64,000 nt of DNA from Thermodesulfobacteriota bacterium (GCA_965202785.1 OZ241855.1:704001-768000); one strand, 5' to 3'. Shown: positions 1 to 11,955, counted from the stretch's first letter. Numbers and translations are program-made. The notes: generated from the sequence alone by a model not told the origin.

Positions 1-80
1 GGGAAATCGGCGGAGAGTTCCACGAGGGGATAAAAACCCTCGAGCAGCTCGGGGAGATCTCGGGTTATTCGGGCAAGTGA
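1..80 (+). CDS. 3' end of a gene (partial), possibly a thioredoxin-like domain
   Basis: Frame from nt 3 reads EIGGEFHEGIKTLEQLGEISGYSGK*, resembling C-termini of thioredoxin/glutaredoxin-like domains; truncated by the window edge. Confidence 0.4.
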   Translation, partial: EIGGEFHEGIKTLEQLGEISGYSGK

Positions 81-201
81 AGGCTCCCCTACAAGGTGCT
101 GCGATCACTTGCTATTTCTTTGACAAGGGGCTTTTATCAATTATCCTTATCTGAGCATCCACATTATATTGAGTCGCTACAGGGCGGCAACGGGGTGAAG
201 G

Positions 202-1044
202 GTGGAGAAAAAAAACGACGGATTATCGCTCATAGTATGCTGTAACAAGTCCGGATGGACCAGGGCTTGGGGCATAAGCAGGGAGCGGTTCCAGTTCGTG
301 CTGGGCGCCTTGGGGATTTTCGTGCTGGGTGTGCTTTTCTCCTTTTTCCTGTCATACAAGTTCTACGGGGAAGCGCAAGAGGTCCGGGTGCAGAAGCAGG
401 ACGAGATAGACGAACTGCTAGCCGTCGTCGAGGCGATGTCGCACGACATAATCGTAGATAAGAAACTAGAGGACAAGTTCATAAAAAGGGTCCTTCGTCT
501 TGAGAAGAAGCTCGCCTCTATGGAAAGGACGCTCTCTGAGAAAAAACGGACAAGAACCCCCCCTATAGGAGGAAGCGGCTTCCGGACAAATGATATCGGT
601 CATGATTACTTCGACGCGGTCGAGAAGGACATAGACCGCCTCACCGAGGTCATGGACTCCATTCCTCTCGGAAAACCCATCCCGGGAGGAATCTCCTCGC
701 ACTACGGCTACAGGAAAAACCCCTTCTCGGAAGCCAGGGAGTTTCACGGCGGAGTTGATTTCAGGGGGAAGATAGGAGACGGGGTCGCGGCCACGGCGGA
801 CGGCGTCGTTGAGAAGGCCAACTACGCTAAGGGCTACGGAAAGCGCGTTATCATCAAGCATAAAAAAGGCTATAAGACTCTCTACGGACATCTCTCCAAG
901 ATAGCTGTCACCAAGGGCCAGAAGGTTGTAGCGGGAGAGAAGATAGGGGAAGTAGGGTCGACCGGCCGCTCGACCGGGCCGCATCTTCACTACGAGATAA
1001 TAAGGTACGGAAAGAGGATCAACCCCAAAAAATACATAAGATAA
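202..1044 (+). CDS. M23 family metallopeptidase with N-terminal TM helix and coiled coil
   Basis: HxGxD (FHGGVDF) and HLH (STGPHLHYE) M23 motifs; TTGACA at 120-125 upstream. Confidence 0.92.
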   Translation: MEKKNDGLSLIVCCNKSGWTRAWGISRERFQFVLGALGIFVLGVLFSFFLSYKFYGEAQEVRVQKQDEIDELLAVVEAMSHDIIVDKKLEDKFIKRVLRLEKKLASMERTLSEKKRTRTPPIGGSGFRTNDIGHDYFDAVEKDIDRLTEVMDSIPLGKPIPGGISSHYGYRKNPFSEAREFHGGVDFRGKIGDGVAATADGVVEKANYAKGYGKRVIIKHKKGYKTLYGHLSKIAVTKGQKVVAGEKIGEVGSTGRSTGPHLHYEIIRYGKRINPKKYIR

Positions 1045-1056
1045 GGAAAAGCCCGC

Positions 1057-1473
1057 ATGTACAACAGCAAGCGGAAGAACAAAAACAATAACTCGGGTGC
1101 CATGGAAACAGTTCTGGGCGAAGGCGTGGTGTTCGAGGGAATCATCTCGTGCGCGGGATCAATGAAGGTCGAAGGTGAACTCAAGGGAGACATAAAAGTC
1201 GCCAATTCAATCGTGGTGGGTCCTAACGGTTCGGTGACCGGGGACATAACCGCCAGAGAGGTCATCATATTCGGGAAAGTAACCGGAAAGATGGATGCCG
1301 GGGTGCTCGAGATTAAAAGCACGGGAGAAATAACGGGAGAAGTCCTGATCGAGACCCTGATAACCGAGGCCGGGGGAATCATGAGGGCGAAGTGCGAAAT
1401 GAAAAGCCCCGCACCGAAAGGCGTAAAGGAGAAAGTCCCGGTGCCCAGTTCCTCCCAAGCGGCGAAACCCTAA
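1057..1473 (+). CDS. Bactofilin (polymer-forming cytoskeletal protein)
   Basis: Beta-helix repeats (VLGEGVVFEG, VEGELKGDI, IFGKVTG); typical pairing downstream of an M23 peptidase. Confidence 0.9.
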   Translation: MYNSKRKNKNNNSGAMETVLGEGVVFEGIISCAGSMKVEGELKGDIKVANSIVVGPNGSVTGDITAREVIIFGKVTGKMDAGVLEIKSTGEITGEVLIETLITEAGGIMRAKCEMKSPAPKGVKEKVPVPSSSQAAKP

Positions 1474-1925
1474 TGGTGGTGGCTGCGGCGGCTTGCCTCC
1501 GGGGGATCGAGGACAGGCGCCGTAACCGATATCCGCGCGCCCGAGCGGAACTTTAACTCCAAAATCACGCTTTCTTTTATATCGCCCGAGAGCCCCTCTA
1601 GCATCACGTGATAGCCTCCCGGCAAAAGGGCGACCGACTTGCCCGCCGGAACCTCAATCGAAGCAACTTTCTTCATTGCCATTGAACCTTCCCTCATCTC
1701 AGTAACATGAAGCGAAGACGAAGAGGAGCAGCTGCAGCTTACCTCCAAAAGTTCGTCTCCCACGGCAGCGGGGTTCTCAATAACCATGTAGGCCGCGGTC
1801 ACGGAAGTGCCCGGGGGATTTTGCCTTACCCACGGATCCTTAACGGAGATTTCCTCCCTGCTCCAAGCCGGGGGAGCAGCAAGAAAGAAAACAGCTAAAA
1901 CGATCAGGGCTTTTCTTATGTTCAT
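1470..1925 (-). CDS. Copper chaperone PCu(A)C
   Basis: Signal peptide; DPWVR, AAYM, H-x-M and PGGYHVML motifs; co-oriented with SCO gene. Confidence 0.9.
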   Translation of the reverse strand: MNIRKALIVLAVFFLAAPPAWSREEISVKDPWVRQNPPGTSVTAAYMVIENPAAVGDELLEVSCSCSSSSSLHVTEMREGSMAMKKVASIEVPAGKSVALLPGGYHVMLEGLSGDIKESVILELKFRSGARISVTAPVLDPPEASRRSHHH

Positions 1926-1931
1926 CAGCGC

Positions 1932-2522
1932 TTACAGAAGAAGGCGTTTTACGTCGCCTGCGATTTTCTCCGGGTCAAGCTTTTCCTTGGGGTAGCGAAG
2001 GATCATTTCGCCTCCGGGGCCTATCAGGTAAACCGCGGGCGAATGAACCACGCCGTAGTCTGATTCCGAGTCCCCCTGCTCCTTTGAATAAAAGGTTCCG
2101 CAGGCGTCGTTTACCTGCTTTATCGTCTGCTTCGGTCCGGTGAGGCCGACTATGCGGTCGTGGAAAAACGGAACGTATTCCCCGAGTCTGGCCACGGTGT
2201 CGCGCTCCGGGTCAACGGTTATGAAAAGCGCCATGGCCCCCTCGTCTCCCACAAGGTCAAGCACCTCTCCCAGCATCCCCAAGGTGGTAGGGCATACATC
2301 CGGACAGTTCGTAAACCCGAAGTTAAGCAGTATGACCTTGCCCGAGTGGCCGGAAAGAGAAAACTCCCGGTTCCGGTGGTCGGTCAGGGAAAAGTCAAAG
2401 GCGGGGCGGCGATACTCATCCCCATAAAAGCTTCCCTTGTCCGTGCCGAGAAACCCAAGGACCGCAGCCCACACGAGAGCAATCAGCGCCAAAGTGATTA
2501 AAAGCCAGTAGTGCCGTTTCAT
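1932..2522 (-). CDS. SCO1/SenC family copper protein
   Basis: FGFTNCPDVCP (CxxxC), TVDPERDT, conserved His (VVHS). Confidence 0.93.
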   Translation of the reverse strand: MKRHYWLLITLALIALVWAAVLGFLGTDKGSFYGDEYRRPAFDFSLTDHRNREFSLSGHSGKVILLNFGFTNCPDVCPTTLGMLGEVLDLVGDEGAMALFITVDPERDTVARLGEYVPFFHDRIVGLTGPKQTIKQVNDACGTFYSKEQGDSESDYGVVHSPAVYLIGPGGEMILRYPKEKLDPEKIAGDVKRLLL

Positions 2523-2580
2523 TTTAAGGGACTCCGTAACAGACTAGGGCAGGAAATATACACCAACTTTCCGATTAAAC

Positions 2581-2671
2581 AAAAAAAAGAGCGCCTCAGG
2601 GGGGCCGAGGCGCTCTTCCTAACAAAAAGGAGGATGAAGGATGAGTATTGATCAATGTTTCTAATCAACAC
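2581..2671 (-). ncRNA. Putative ~90-nt small RNA with anti-SD seed
   Basis: Minus strand: own sigma70 promoter, 10-bp 5' stem (2645-2671), single-stranded UCAUCCUUCAUCCUCCUUUUUG, GC-rich terminator hairpin plus U-run (2581-2617). Confidence 0.65.
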
Positions 2672-2676
2672 TATAA

Positions 2677-2704
2677 AATATAAGTAATTTACTTAAACTG
2701 TCAA
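2677..2704 (-). promoter_or_regulatory. sigma70 promoter with a 7-1-7 palindromic operator
   Basis: TTGACA (2699-2704) and TATATT (2677-2682) on minus strand; TAAGTAA-T-TTACTTA at 2681-2695. Confidence 0.6.
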
Positions 2705-2732
2705 GGGAAAATTAAAAAAAATTTAAAACGGC

Positions 2733-2773
2733 AAAAAAAAAGCGGGCAGGGCGCCCATGCGCCGTGCCCGCTT
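2733..2773 (-). terminator. Rho-independent terminator of groESL
   Basis: AAGCGGGCA...TGCCCGCTT hairpin followed by T-run on minus strand, just after groEL stop. Confidence 0.85.
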
Positions 2774-2801
2774 CGTGGTTTCTGCCAGGTAGAGGCGGAT
2801 T

Positions 2802-4752
<1,951 letters not shown>

Positions 4753-4786
4753 CTCTAATACCTCCTTTTAACTTTTTAAAGCTGGG

Positions 4787-4813
4787 CTGGCACTTACACC
4801 TTCCAAGTGCCAA
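4787..4813 (-). promoter_or_regulatory. CIRCE element (HrcA operator), variant
   Basis: TTGGCACTT-N9-AAGTGCCAG versus consensus TTAGCACTC-N9-GAGTGCTAA; just downstream of a TTGACA (4840-4845)/TACTTT promoter. Confidence 0.88.
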
Positions 4814-4878
4814 CTATAAAGTAAGCACGTTTTTATGAGTGTCAAGGGAAATAAGGAAAAAAACAGGGATTTCCAGGG

Positions 4879-7491
4879 CTAGGAACGGTCCCGCTTTGCT
4901 TTCTCGCAGAGTTCCGCGAGTTTCTCAAGCGCCTCCATTGGGGTCATGTTCATGGGGTCAAGGGCCGCTAGATCTTCCGCCAGAAGCCCTTCCTTCCTAA
5001 ACGCAGTCTCAGATTCCCCGTCCGATTCCGTATCGAAAAGAAGAAGCTGACCGCCAAGCATAGACTCGGAGAGAGAGGCCTTTAACTTCTCAAGGGAAAA
5101 AAGAACTTTCCTCGCGGAATTAAGAACCTTCGCTGGAACCCCGGCAAGCCGGGCCACCTGTATCCCGTAACTGTGGCTCGTCGCGCCCGGGATGAGCTTG
5201 CGGAGAAACAGTATCTCCCCTCCCTCTTCCTTTACCGACACGTTGGAGTTGGTGATCCCGGGCTTTACGTCCGCCAGGTTCGACAGTTCGTGGTAGTGGG
5301 TGGCGAAAAGGGTAACGGGGCCCAGGTCGTAGAGATACTCTGAAACCGCCCACGCTATGCTCATCCCGTCAAATGTGCTCGTGCCCCGACCGATCTCATC
5401 AAGTATGACGAGGCTCCTCGGGGTGGCGTTTCGCAGTATATGCGCGGTCTCAACCATCTCGACCATGAAGGTCGAGCGGCCGGCCGTGAGATTATCAGAC
5501 GCCCCCACCCTTGAAAAAATACGGTCGACTATCCCTAGGCGTGCCGCCCGGGCCGGAACGAAACTTCCCATCTGGGCCATAAGCGATATGAGCGCCACCT
5601 GCCTTATTAGGGTCGACTTGCCGGACATGTTGGGCCCCGTGATGATCATGAAGCGCTTGTCCTCTGAATCAAGGGTGACGTCGTTCGGGACGAACCCCCT
5701 CTCAAGGCCTATCCTCTCGACCACGGGATGGCGGGAGTCTCTGAGTTCGATCGCGGGGTGCGGGACAAATTCAGGCCTGCAGTAACCGTAGCGCGATGCG
5801 ATCTCTCCCATGGAGCAGAAAACGTCCGTCTCCGCAACTACAGCCGCCGTGGCCTTTACGCGCGGGGACTCGGCGGCGGCCTGCTTGCGCACCTGCTCGA
5901 AAAGCGAGGCCTCAAGCTCGGTTATACGCTCTGCGGCGGTGAGTATCTGCTCTTCGTATTCCTTAAGTTCGGGAGAAATGAAGCGCTCGCTTCCCGCAAG
6001 AGTCTGTCTTCTTGAGTAATTCTCGGGCACGAGAGAAAGCTTGGAATTGGTAACCTCGATGTAGTAGCCGAACACCCTGTTGTAGCCAATCTTCAGGTTC
6101 GCTATCCCCGTTCTCTCCCTCTCGCTCCCCTCAAGTTCGGATATCCATTTCCGCCCGTCGCTCTGGATCTTGCGGAGCCGGTCAAGCTCGAGGGAGAACC
6201 CTTCCCTTATCACTCCTCCATCCCGCGCGAAAACGGGCGGCGCATCGACAAGGGCGCCCTCTAGGTAACCGCGCAGGTCGCGAAAATTATCCATTCTCTC
6301 CCGAAGCGACGCAAGGGCTTCTGAGTCAAGATCCAACATAGCGTCGCGGAGTCTTTCTATGTAAAACGAGGAATCCCGAAGGGATGCAAGGTCTCTGGGT
6401 CTTGCGGAAGGAGTCTCGATCCTGTGGATCAGCCTCTCAAGATCCCCGACCTTCCCGAGCGCCTCCACGAGATCTTCTCTCGCGGAAAGGCTCTCAAGCA
6501 ATTCTCCAACGGCTTCCTGCCTTTTCCCTATTTCTTCTGCGTCAAGCAGTGGGTAGCTCATCCAGCGGCGAAGCAGCCTAGCGCCCATCGGCGAGCGGGT
6601 CTCGTCCATTATGCCGAGCAGCGAGTGCTTAAGGGATCCTTCTGTCGAACTTCGAAGCTCAAGGTTCCTCGCAGTCCACTCGTCTATTTTCATGTAGTCG
6701 ACCGTGTCGTAGTACCTGGGAAACTCTACCTCCGGCATGAAGTTCTTCTGCGTTTCCCGAAGGTAATCAAAAAGCACCCCGCAGGCACGGACACATCCGG
6801 GTTCCTTCTCGATCTCAAGGGCTTCTAAGGTAAGCACCGAGAAACCGTCTGTGAGAATTTCCCTGCATCTCTCAAATTCCCACTTCCAGGAATCAACCTT
6901 CGTTACAATGGTACGGGGATTTGCGTCTAACAGGGTTTTAAGCCAATGAAGTTCCGAGTCTGAATCCGCGATGAGAATTTCCTTCGGGCCAAGGTGCGCA
7001 AGTTCCGAGACAAGGTCTTCAGGCGAGCGGAAAAAAGATGTCCTGAACTCCCCTGTCGAGATGTCGCAGAAGCAAAGTGCGGAGCCGTTTTTTTCTTCGG
7101 CTACGCACGCGAGGAAATTATTGCTTTTTGATTCGAGGTTTTCCGAGTCCAGAACGGCCCCGGGGGTAAAGACCCTCACGACCTTTCTCTCTACAAGCCC
7201 TCTTGTTTTCTTCGGGTCGCCCACCTGTTCGCAGATTGCCACCTTCTTTCCGCTTCCGAGGAGCTTTGATATGTGAGGTTCCGCGCTGTGGAAGGGAACA
7301 CCGCATAAAGGCACCGGATTTTTTTTCGAACGGTCCCTCGAGGTGAGTGCTATTCCGAGTATTTCCGACGCAGTTTTCGCGTCGTTGTAAAACATCTCGT
7401 AGAAGTCTCCCAGCCTGAAAAGAAGTATTGCGTCCGGATACTCCCTTTTCACGCTTAAGTACTGGCTCATAAGGGGGGTCTGTGAACTCAT
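4879..7491 (-). CDS. mutS: DNA mismatch repair protein MutS
   Basis: TPLMSQY, FRLGDFYEMF, Walker A GPNMSGKS, DEIGRGTST; start reassigned to MSSQTP at 7491. Confidence 0.98.
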   Translation of the reverse strand: MSSQTPLMSQYLSVKREYPDAILLFRLGDFYEMFYNDAKTASEILGIALTSRDRSKKNPVPLCGVPFHSAEPHISKLLGSGKKVAICEQVGDPKKTRGLVERKVVRVFTPGAVLDSENLESKSNNFLACVAEEKNGSALCFCDISTGEFRTSFFRSPEDLVSELAHLGPKEILIADSDSELHWLKTLLDANPRTIVTKVDSWKWEFERCREILTDGFSVLTLEALEIEKEPGCVRACGVLFDYLRETQKNFMPEVEFPRYYDTVDYMKIDEWTARNLELRSSTEGSLKHSLLGIMDETRSPMGARLLRRWMSYPLLDAEEIGKRQEAVGELLESLSAREDLVEALGKVGDLERLIHRIETPSARPRDLASLRDSSFYIERLRDAMLDLDSEALASLRERMDNFRDLRGYLEGALVDAPPVFARDGGVIREGFSLELDRLRKIQSDGRKWISELEGSERERTGIANLKIGYNRVFGYYIEVTNSKLSLVPENYSRRQTLAGSERFISPELKEYEEQILTAAERITELEASLFEQVRKQAAAESPRVKATAAVVAETDVFCSMGEIASRYGYCRPEFVPHPAIELRDSRHPVVERIGLERGFVPNDVTLDSEDKRFMIITGPNMSGKSTLIRQVALISLMAQMGSFVPARAARLGIVDRIFSRVGASDNLTAGRSTFMVEMVETAHILRNATPRSLVILDEIGRGTSTFDGMSIAWAVSEYLYDLGPVTLFATHYHELSNLADVKPGITNSNVSVKEEGGEILFLRKLIPGATSHSYGIQVARLAGVPAKVLNSARKVLFSLEKLKASLSESMLGGQLLLFDTESDGESETAFRKEGLLAEDLAALDPMNMTPMEALEKLAELCEKAKRDRS

Positions 7492-7744
7492 TGAATCATT
7501 ATTATACAGAATTGTGACAGGGTTTCGGAAATACCGGGACTGTACCATGACCCTAACAATCAGCAACGGAAAGAAAATCCGTTTTTTTAAAAGAACGCCG
7601 ATTCCGGCAGAAAAAAGGCTTTTGGTTTTCTCAACATTCGACTGCGGCGGGGGACGGAGGGACTTACATTTCAACTACGGTTTGCTATATGTGAGAATTA
7701 ACTACCCTTCCGTTGAAGAAACATTTCAAACTCAACCTGTTCCC

Positions 7745-8024
7745 AAGTCTTTGAAATGACGATACGGACGCAACTGGTCGATCACGAGGAGATTCTCGGC
7801 GACCTGTATCATAAGATTGGGTTCCTCGGAAATAAAGTGCATCCAAGGCGACAGCGCCTGTGCGCCGGACGAGACCGTGCCCTGGCCCAGGGTAATCTAA
7901 GTTTCCTGTACCCCGCACTGCCGTTTTACGGGAAATTCATCTTTAACTCTTTCATAGAAGGTTTCGGGAACCGTGTCATTCCACGCCGAATCCGCAAATA
8001 TATTTCACAGAGAGCTTCAACAAC
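7745..8024 (-). pseudogene. Decayed fragment of a TIGR04255-like protein
   Basis: Minus strand reads VVEALCEIY, frameshift, ADSAWNDTVPETFYERVKDEFP...QET*ITLG...WMHFISE...MIQVAENLLVIDQLRPYRHF; in-frame TAG at 7897-7899. Family recognised from memory. Confidence 0.55.
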
Positions 8025-8392
8025 GAATATCTCCCTGCAACTTCGTTCCAACACCGTACCGGCTAGAACCGTTACAGGAAATCTGTTCGCGTGGCAACTG
8101 TGCACTCATGATTATATCCTTGATAGGTCAGCTCAAAGATGAGAAACGATGACCCCAAACCTTGCAAGTAAGAAGGAATACTTCTCAGAATCCACAAGTC
8201 GGGGGGAGAGATCAGATGTGGTCAGTTAATTACAGGAGGGGAACTTTACATTCACTATACGCCGAAGCTCCCACAGTTTTAACCCGAGATAGAGAGATTG
8301 GAACTCCACGACATCGGTGCCTTGACCACTGTATTGCGAACCTTACGTACGGGAGGTGACAGATCAGGATTTACCACACAGGGAGGATACTC

Positions 8393-8446
8393 AAAAAAAC
8401 TGACGGCACGCAACTCCTTAGTGAGTAAAGAGCTACGTGCCGTCAG
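8393..8446 (-). terminator. Terminator of the RTX lipoprotein gene
   Basis: CTGACGGCACG...CGTGCCGTCAG stem plus T-run on minus strand. Confidence 0.7.
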
Positions 8447-8465
8447 GAACTATAAGAAATTTAGC

Positions 8466-9881
8466 CTACTGGTGGAACACGAATATCTCGCTAATCAAAG
8501 CTACCACTGTGCTTGTCGAAGTAGCACTGGTTAAATACGCAACAGTGGCTCCACCCACTTTAACCTCACTCTCACCTGCTGGCGCGCCAGATCTAGTAGA
8601 CTCTGCCACTGTTATTTCCCTTTTGTCGCTAGGAAATTCTACCAGAGCAACTCGGTCTTTTTCCGCACCAGGAGTAGCAGAGTAATTAAGGGTAAGGATA
8701 TCAGCCGGCTGCCCGTGGGAAACTACATAAATATCGTTGCCTCCCCCGCCGTCCAGCGCATCCCCAGCGCCTCCAGGGCTGATCAGCCTATCTTCGCCTT
8801 CACCACCGGTAATAGCACCGCCGCCAGCACCGCCTGTGAGCGTGTTGGCTTCTCCATCTCCTGTAAGCGCTACTGCAGTAGTGACGCCTGGCCTCACTGC
8901 CAAGTTCTCGAAGCCGCTAAAAGTAGCAGCAGTCTGGTCTACGAGACTGGTGTCTGCTGCAACTATGAGAGTATCGTTACCCTCTCCGCCATTAAGTACG
9001 TTTGTTCCTGGACCGCCATCAATCGTATCATCCCCTCCACCGCCATTAATAATATCATCCCCAGTGTCGGCAGCAGCGCCGGATACGGGATCAGCAGCGG
9101 CGAGCCCTCCACTAAGCACGTTATTGCCACCGTCTCCGGTGATTGTATCTGTGCCGCTGGAACCGATAACGTTTTCGATGCCTTCATAGGTATCTTCCGG
9201 CTGCGGATCCGCATCATCATCCTCAGGATCAGGAGTAGGAGTAACAAACTGGTTGTAACCCGCCGCAAGATTAATCTGTATACCTGTTATATTGGGGTCT
9301 TGGGTGGCAGTAATAATAGCGTCCATACCCGGAAAGGCGAAACTTATAGTGTCCGTGCCGGCACCGCCAATGAAGTCATCCGATCCGTCTGAACCCGCCA
9401 TAGACCAAAAGATATCATCTCCGGGTCCGCCGTCCATAACATCCATACCAGCCTGGCCGGCTATATCATCGTTACCTTCGTTACCATACAGTCTATCATT
9501 ATGATCTCCACCTCTTATTAGGTCATTTCCGGGTCCGCCCATGATTTCATCATCCCCTTCGTTACCATAAAGGACATCGTCTCCTCCCCCACCAGAAATC
9601 TCGTCGTCTCCATCTCTGCCATTAATTCTGTTTCGATCATCAGCACCGCAGATAACATCGCTTCCGGTACTCCCGTCATACGCCCTAATACCCTCAACCC
9701 TGTCACAGCCCTCAGGTTCTGTATCGTCACCATCACCAGATCCCGACCCAGTACCTGGGGGTCCTGGGGGTCCTTGCTGGCCTGGAGGCCCTTCGGGACC
9801 AGTATCCCCCTCGCATGCCCCAAGACCTAAAATCAATCCAGAGCAAAGAAATAACATCAAGAACATCTTAGTGAACTTCAT
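8466..9881 (-). CDS. Lipoprotein with collagen-like repeat and RTX/hemolysin-type Ca-binding repeats
   Basis: Lipobox LGLGAC; GPEGPPGQQGPPGPPG; many GGxGxD nonapeptides; IENVIGS motif; AGGAGG RBS. Confidence 0.88.
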   Translation of the reverse strand: MKFTKMFLMLFLCSGLILGLGACEGDTGPEGPPGQQGPPGPPGTGSGSGDGDDTEPEGCDRVEGIRAYDGSTGSDVICGADDRNRINGRDGDDEISGGGGDDVLYGNEGDDEIMGGPGNDLIRGGDHNDRLYGNEGNDDIAGQAGMDVMDGGPGDDIFWSMAGSDGSDDFIGGAGTDTISFAFPGMDAIITATQDPNITGIQINLAAGYNQFVTPTPDPEDDDADPQPEDTYEGIENVIGSSGTDTITGDGGNNVLSGGLAAADPVSGAAADTGDDIINGGGGDDTIDGGPGTNVLNGGEGNDTLIVAADTSLVDQTAATFSGFENLAVRPGVTTAVALTGDGEANTLTGGAGGGAITGGEGEDRLISPGGAGDALDGGGGNDIYVVSHGQPADILTLNYSATPGAEKDRVALVEFPSDKREITVAESTRSGAPAGESEVKVGGATVAYLTSATSTSTVVALISEIFVFHQ

Positions 9882-10307
9882 GCGAAAAATCCTCCTTAAA
9901 TAATAATTTTCAAAACGATTAAAAATATTTATGTGCTAATTTCACGAAATTAACAAATTAAGGAATATTAATTCCAGCAAAATTAATGTCATCACTGATT
10001 ACTCTACATGAAAACACATTGAAGTGTCAACATATTTTTCCAACTTCACTAAAACCACCGCCTTGGAAACCAAACGGTACGGGAGGAAGCAATAAACCCC
10101 CACCTAGCTCAAACAATAACACTAATAAGACCGAAATTCAACCTATATTAATAAAAACCGAAATTCACGGGCAAATCAAGCGCCACCGTGCTCCGCTCCG
10201 ATCACGTTCAAGCACCCACTCAAACCTAAGCCAAAACCATAACGCGAAAGCCGAGTTTTACAAGCGTTCAAGTGCTGGCCTCTTGAACCCGCGTGACACG
10301 GACCGTG

Positions 10308-11858
10308 CTAAATTCCCTTAAGCTCGGAGCCCCGACGCGGATGCTCCTTTCTCCAGCGAAGCCTGTTAAGCGCGCTGACGAAAGCCTTCGCGCTCGCTAT
10401 GGAAATATCTGTATCCACCCCCTGGCCCTGCGATATCACCCCCTCATCCGATATTCTGACGGTAACTTCTCCCTGAGCGTCGGTTCCTCCGGTTATCGAG
10501 GAAACCGAAAAATTCTCAAGCCTGGGATCAAAACCCGTCGCTTTCTTAACCGCCTTGAAAATCGCGTCAACCGGCCCAGAGCCCGTCTCGCGAACCGAGA
10601 TCTCCTCCCCTCCCGCCATGATCGTGACGCTAGCCTTGGGCGATGAGTCCGTTCCGCCCGAGTAGCTCGCGGCCGCAAACTCGTAATAATCAGAGGAACG
10701 CAGAAACTCCTGGTTTATCAGCGCCTCTATGTCCTCGTCAAAAACATATTTCTTCTTGTCGGCAAGCGCCTTGAACTTCGTGAACGCGTTCTCGAAAGCC
10801 TCAGGCTCCAAAACGTACCCGTACTCCTCGAGGCGGTCGCGAAACGCGTGGCGCCCCGAGTGCTTGCCGAGCACTATCTGGTTAGAGGGAATCCCCACTT
10901 CCTGCGGGGTCATTATCTCGTAGGTTATGCTCTCCTTAAGCACCCCGTCCTGGTGTATGCCCGCCTCGTGTGCAAAGGCGTTTGCTCCCACGATCGCCTT
11001 GTTCGGCTGCACGTTAACCCCCGTCACCTGGGAAACGAGCCTGCTCGTTGGATATATCTGCGTCGTGTTTATCCCGAAAGCGTAGGGCTTCTTGTCGCTT
11101 CTCACGCTTAAGCCCATCACTATTTCCTCAAGCGATGCGTTGCCGGCCCTCTCCCCGAGGCCGTTAACCGTGCACTCAACCTGCCTTGCCCCCTCGCTTA
11201 TGGCCGCGTGGGAGTTCGCTACCGCGAGGCCGAGATCGTTGTGGCAGTGAACGCTCAGGATCACATCGTCTAGGTTCGGAACATTTTTTACGAGCGTATG
11301 GATTATGTAGGCGAACTCCTCGGGAATCGTATATCCGACCGTGTCGGGGATGTTGATGGTGGTGGCCCCCGAGCGGACGGCCACGTCGACCGCGGTGCAG
11401 AGATAGTCTATATCGGTTCGCGTCGCGTCCTCGCAGGAGAACTCGACGTTGCCGGTGTAGTTTCTCGCGTGCTTGACGGCGCCGCTTATCATCTCGAGTA
11501 CCTGGTCCCTCGTTTTTCTTAACTTGTGCCTAAGATGTATCTCAGAGGTGGCGATGAAGGTGTGTATCCTCGGGTTCTCTGAGTGCTGAACGGCCTCCCA
11601 GCCGCGGTCTATGTCCTTCATGTTCGCCCTGCAGAGCCCGGCTATCTGGCAGCCCTTTATCCTCTGCGCTATTTTCTTTACGGACTGGAAGTCCTCCTCA
11701 GAGGATATGGGAAACCCGGCCTCTATTATGTCCACCCCCAGGCGCTCTAGCTGATAGGCGACCCGAAGCTTCTCCTCCGAGGTCATGCTGCAGCCCGGGG
11801 CTTGCTCTCCGTCCCGAAGCGTCGTATCGAATATGTGTATGTAGTTGCTCTTCGACAT
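10308..11858 (-). CDS. leuA: 2-isopropylmalate synthase
   Basis: DTTLRDGEQ, HCHNDLG, GERAGNA, regulatory domain GSGPVDA; start reassigned to MSKSNY. Confidence 0.97.
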   Translation of the reverse strand: MSKSNYIHIFDTTLRDGEQAPGCSMTSEEKLRVAYQLERLGVDIIEAGFPISSEEDFQSVKKIAQRIKGCQIAGLCRANMKDIDRGWEAVQHSENPRIHTFIATSEIHLRHKLRKTRDQVLEMISGAVKHARNYTGNVEFSCEDATRTDIDYLCTAVDVAVRSGATTINIPDTVGYTIPEEFAYIIHTLVKNVPNLDDVILSVHCHNDLGLAVANSHAAISEGARQVECTVNGLGERAGNASLEEIVMGLSVRSDKKPYAFGINTTQIYPTSRLVSQVTGVNVQPNKAIVGANAFAHEAGIHQDGVLKESITYEIMTPQEVGIPSNQIVLGKHSGRHAFRDRLEEYGYVLEPEAFENAFTKFKALADKKKYVFDEDIEALINQEFLRSSDYYEFAAASYSGGTDSSPKASVTIMAGGEEISVRETGSGPVDAIFKAVKKATGFDPRLENFSVSSITGGTDAQGEVTVRISDEGVISQGQGVDTDISIASAKAFVSALNRLRWRKEHPRRGSELKGI

Positions 11859-11955
11859 CCCTGAAACCTTGCTCCTTGCCTTGCCGCAAAAGCAGATTTC
11901 TACACGCACCCGGCGCAGTTGTCAAAAACAATTTCGCAGGGAATATGCCTGGCGC

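Noticed and set aside
2628-2664. Plus-strand 7-codon ORF (MSIDQCF) behind AGGAGG
   Set aside because: Promoter and terminator polarity both indicate minus-strand transcription; the SD is better explained as the complement of an anti-SD seed.
7756-8142. 128-aa plus-strand ORF
   Set aside because: No motifs; antisense to the decayed minus-strand gene.
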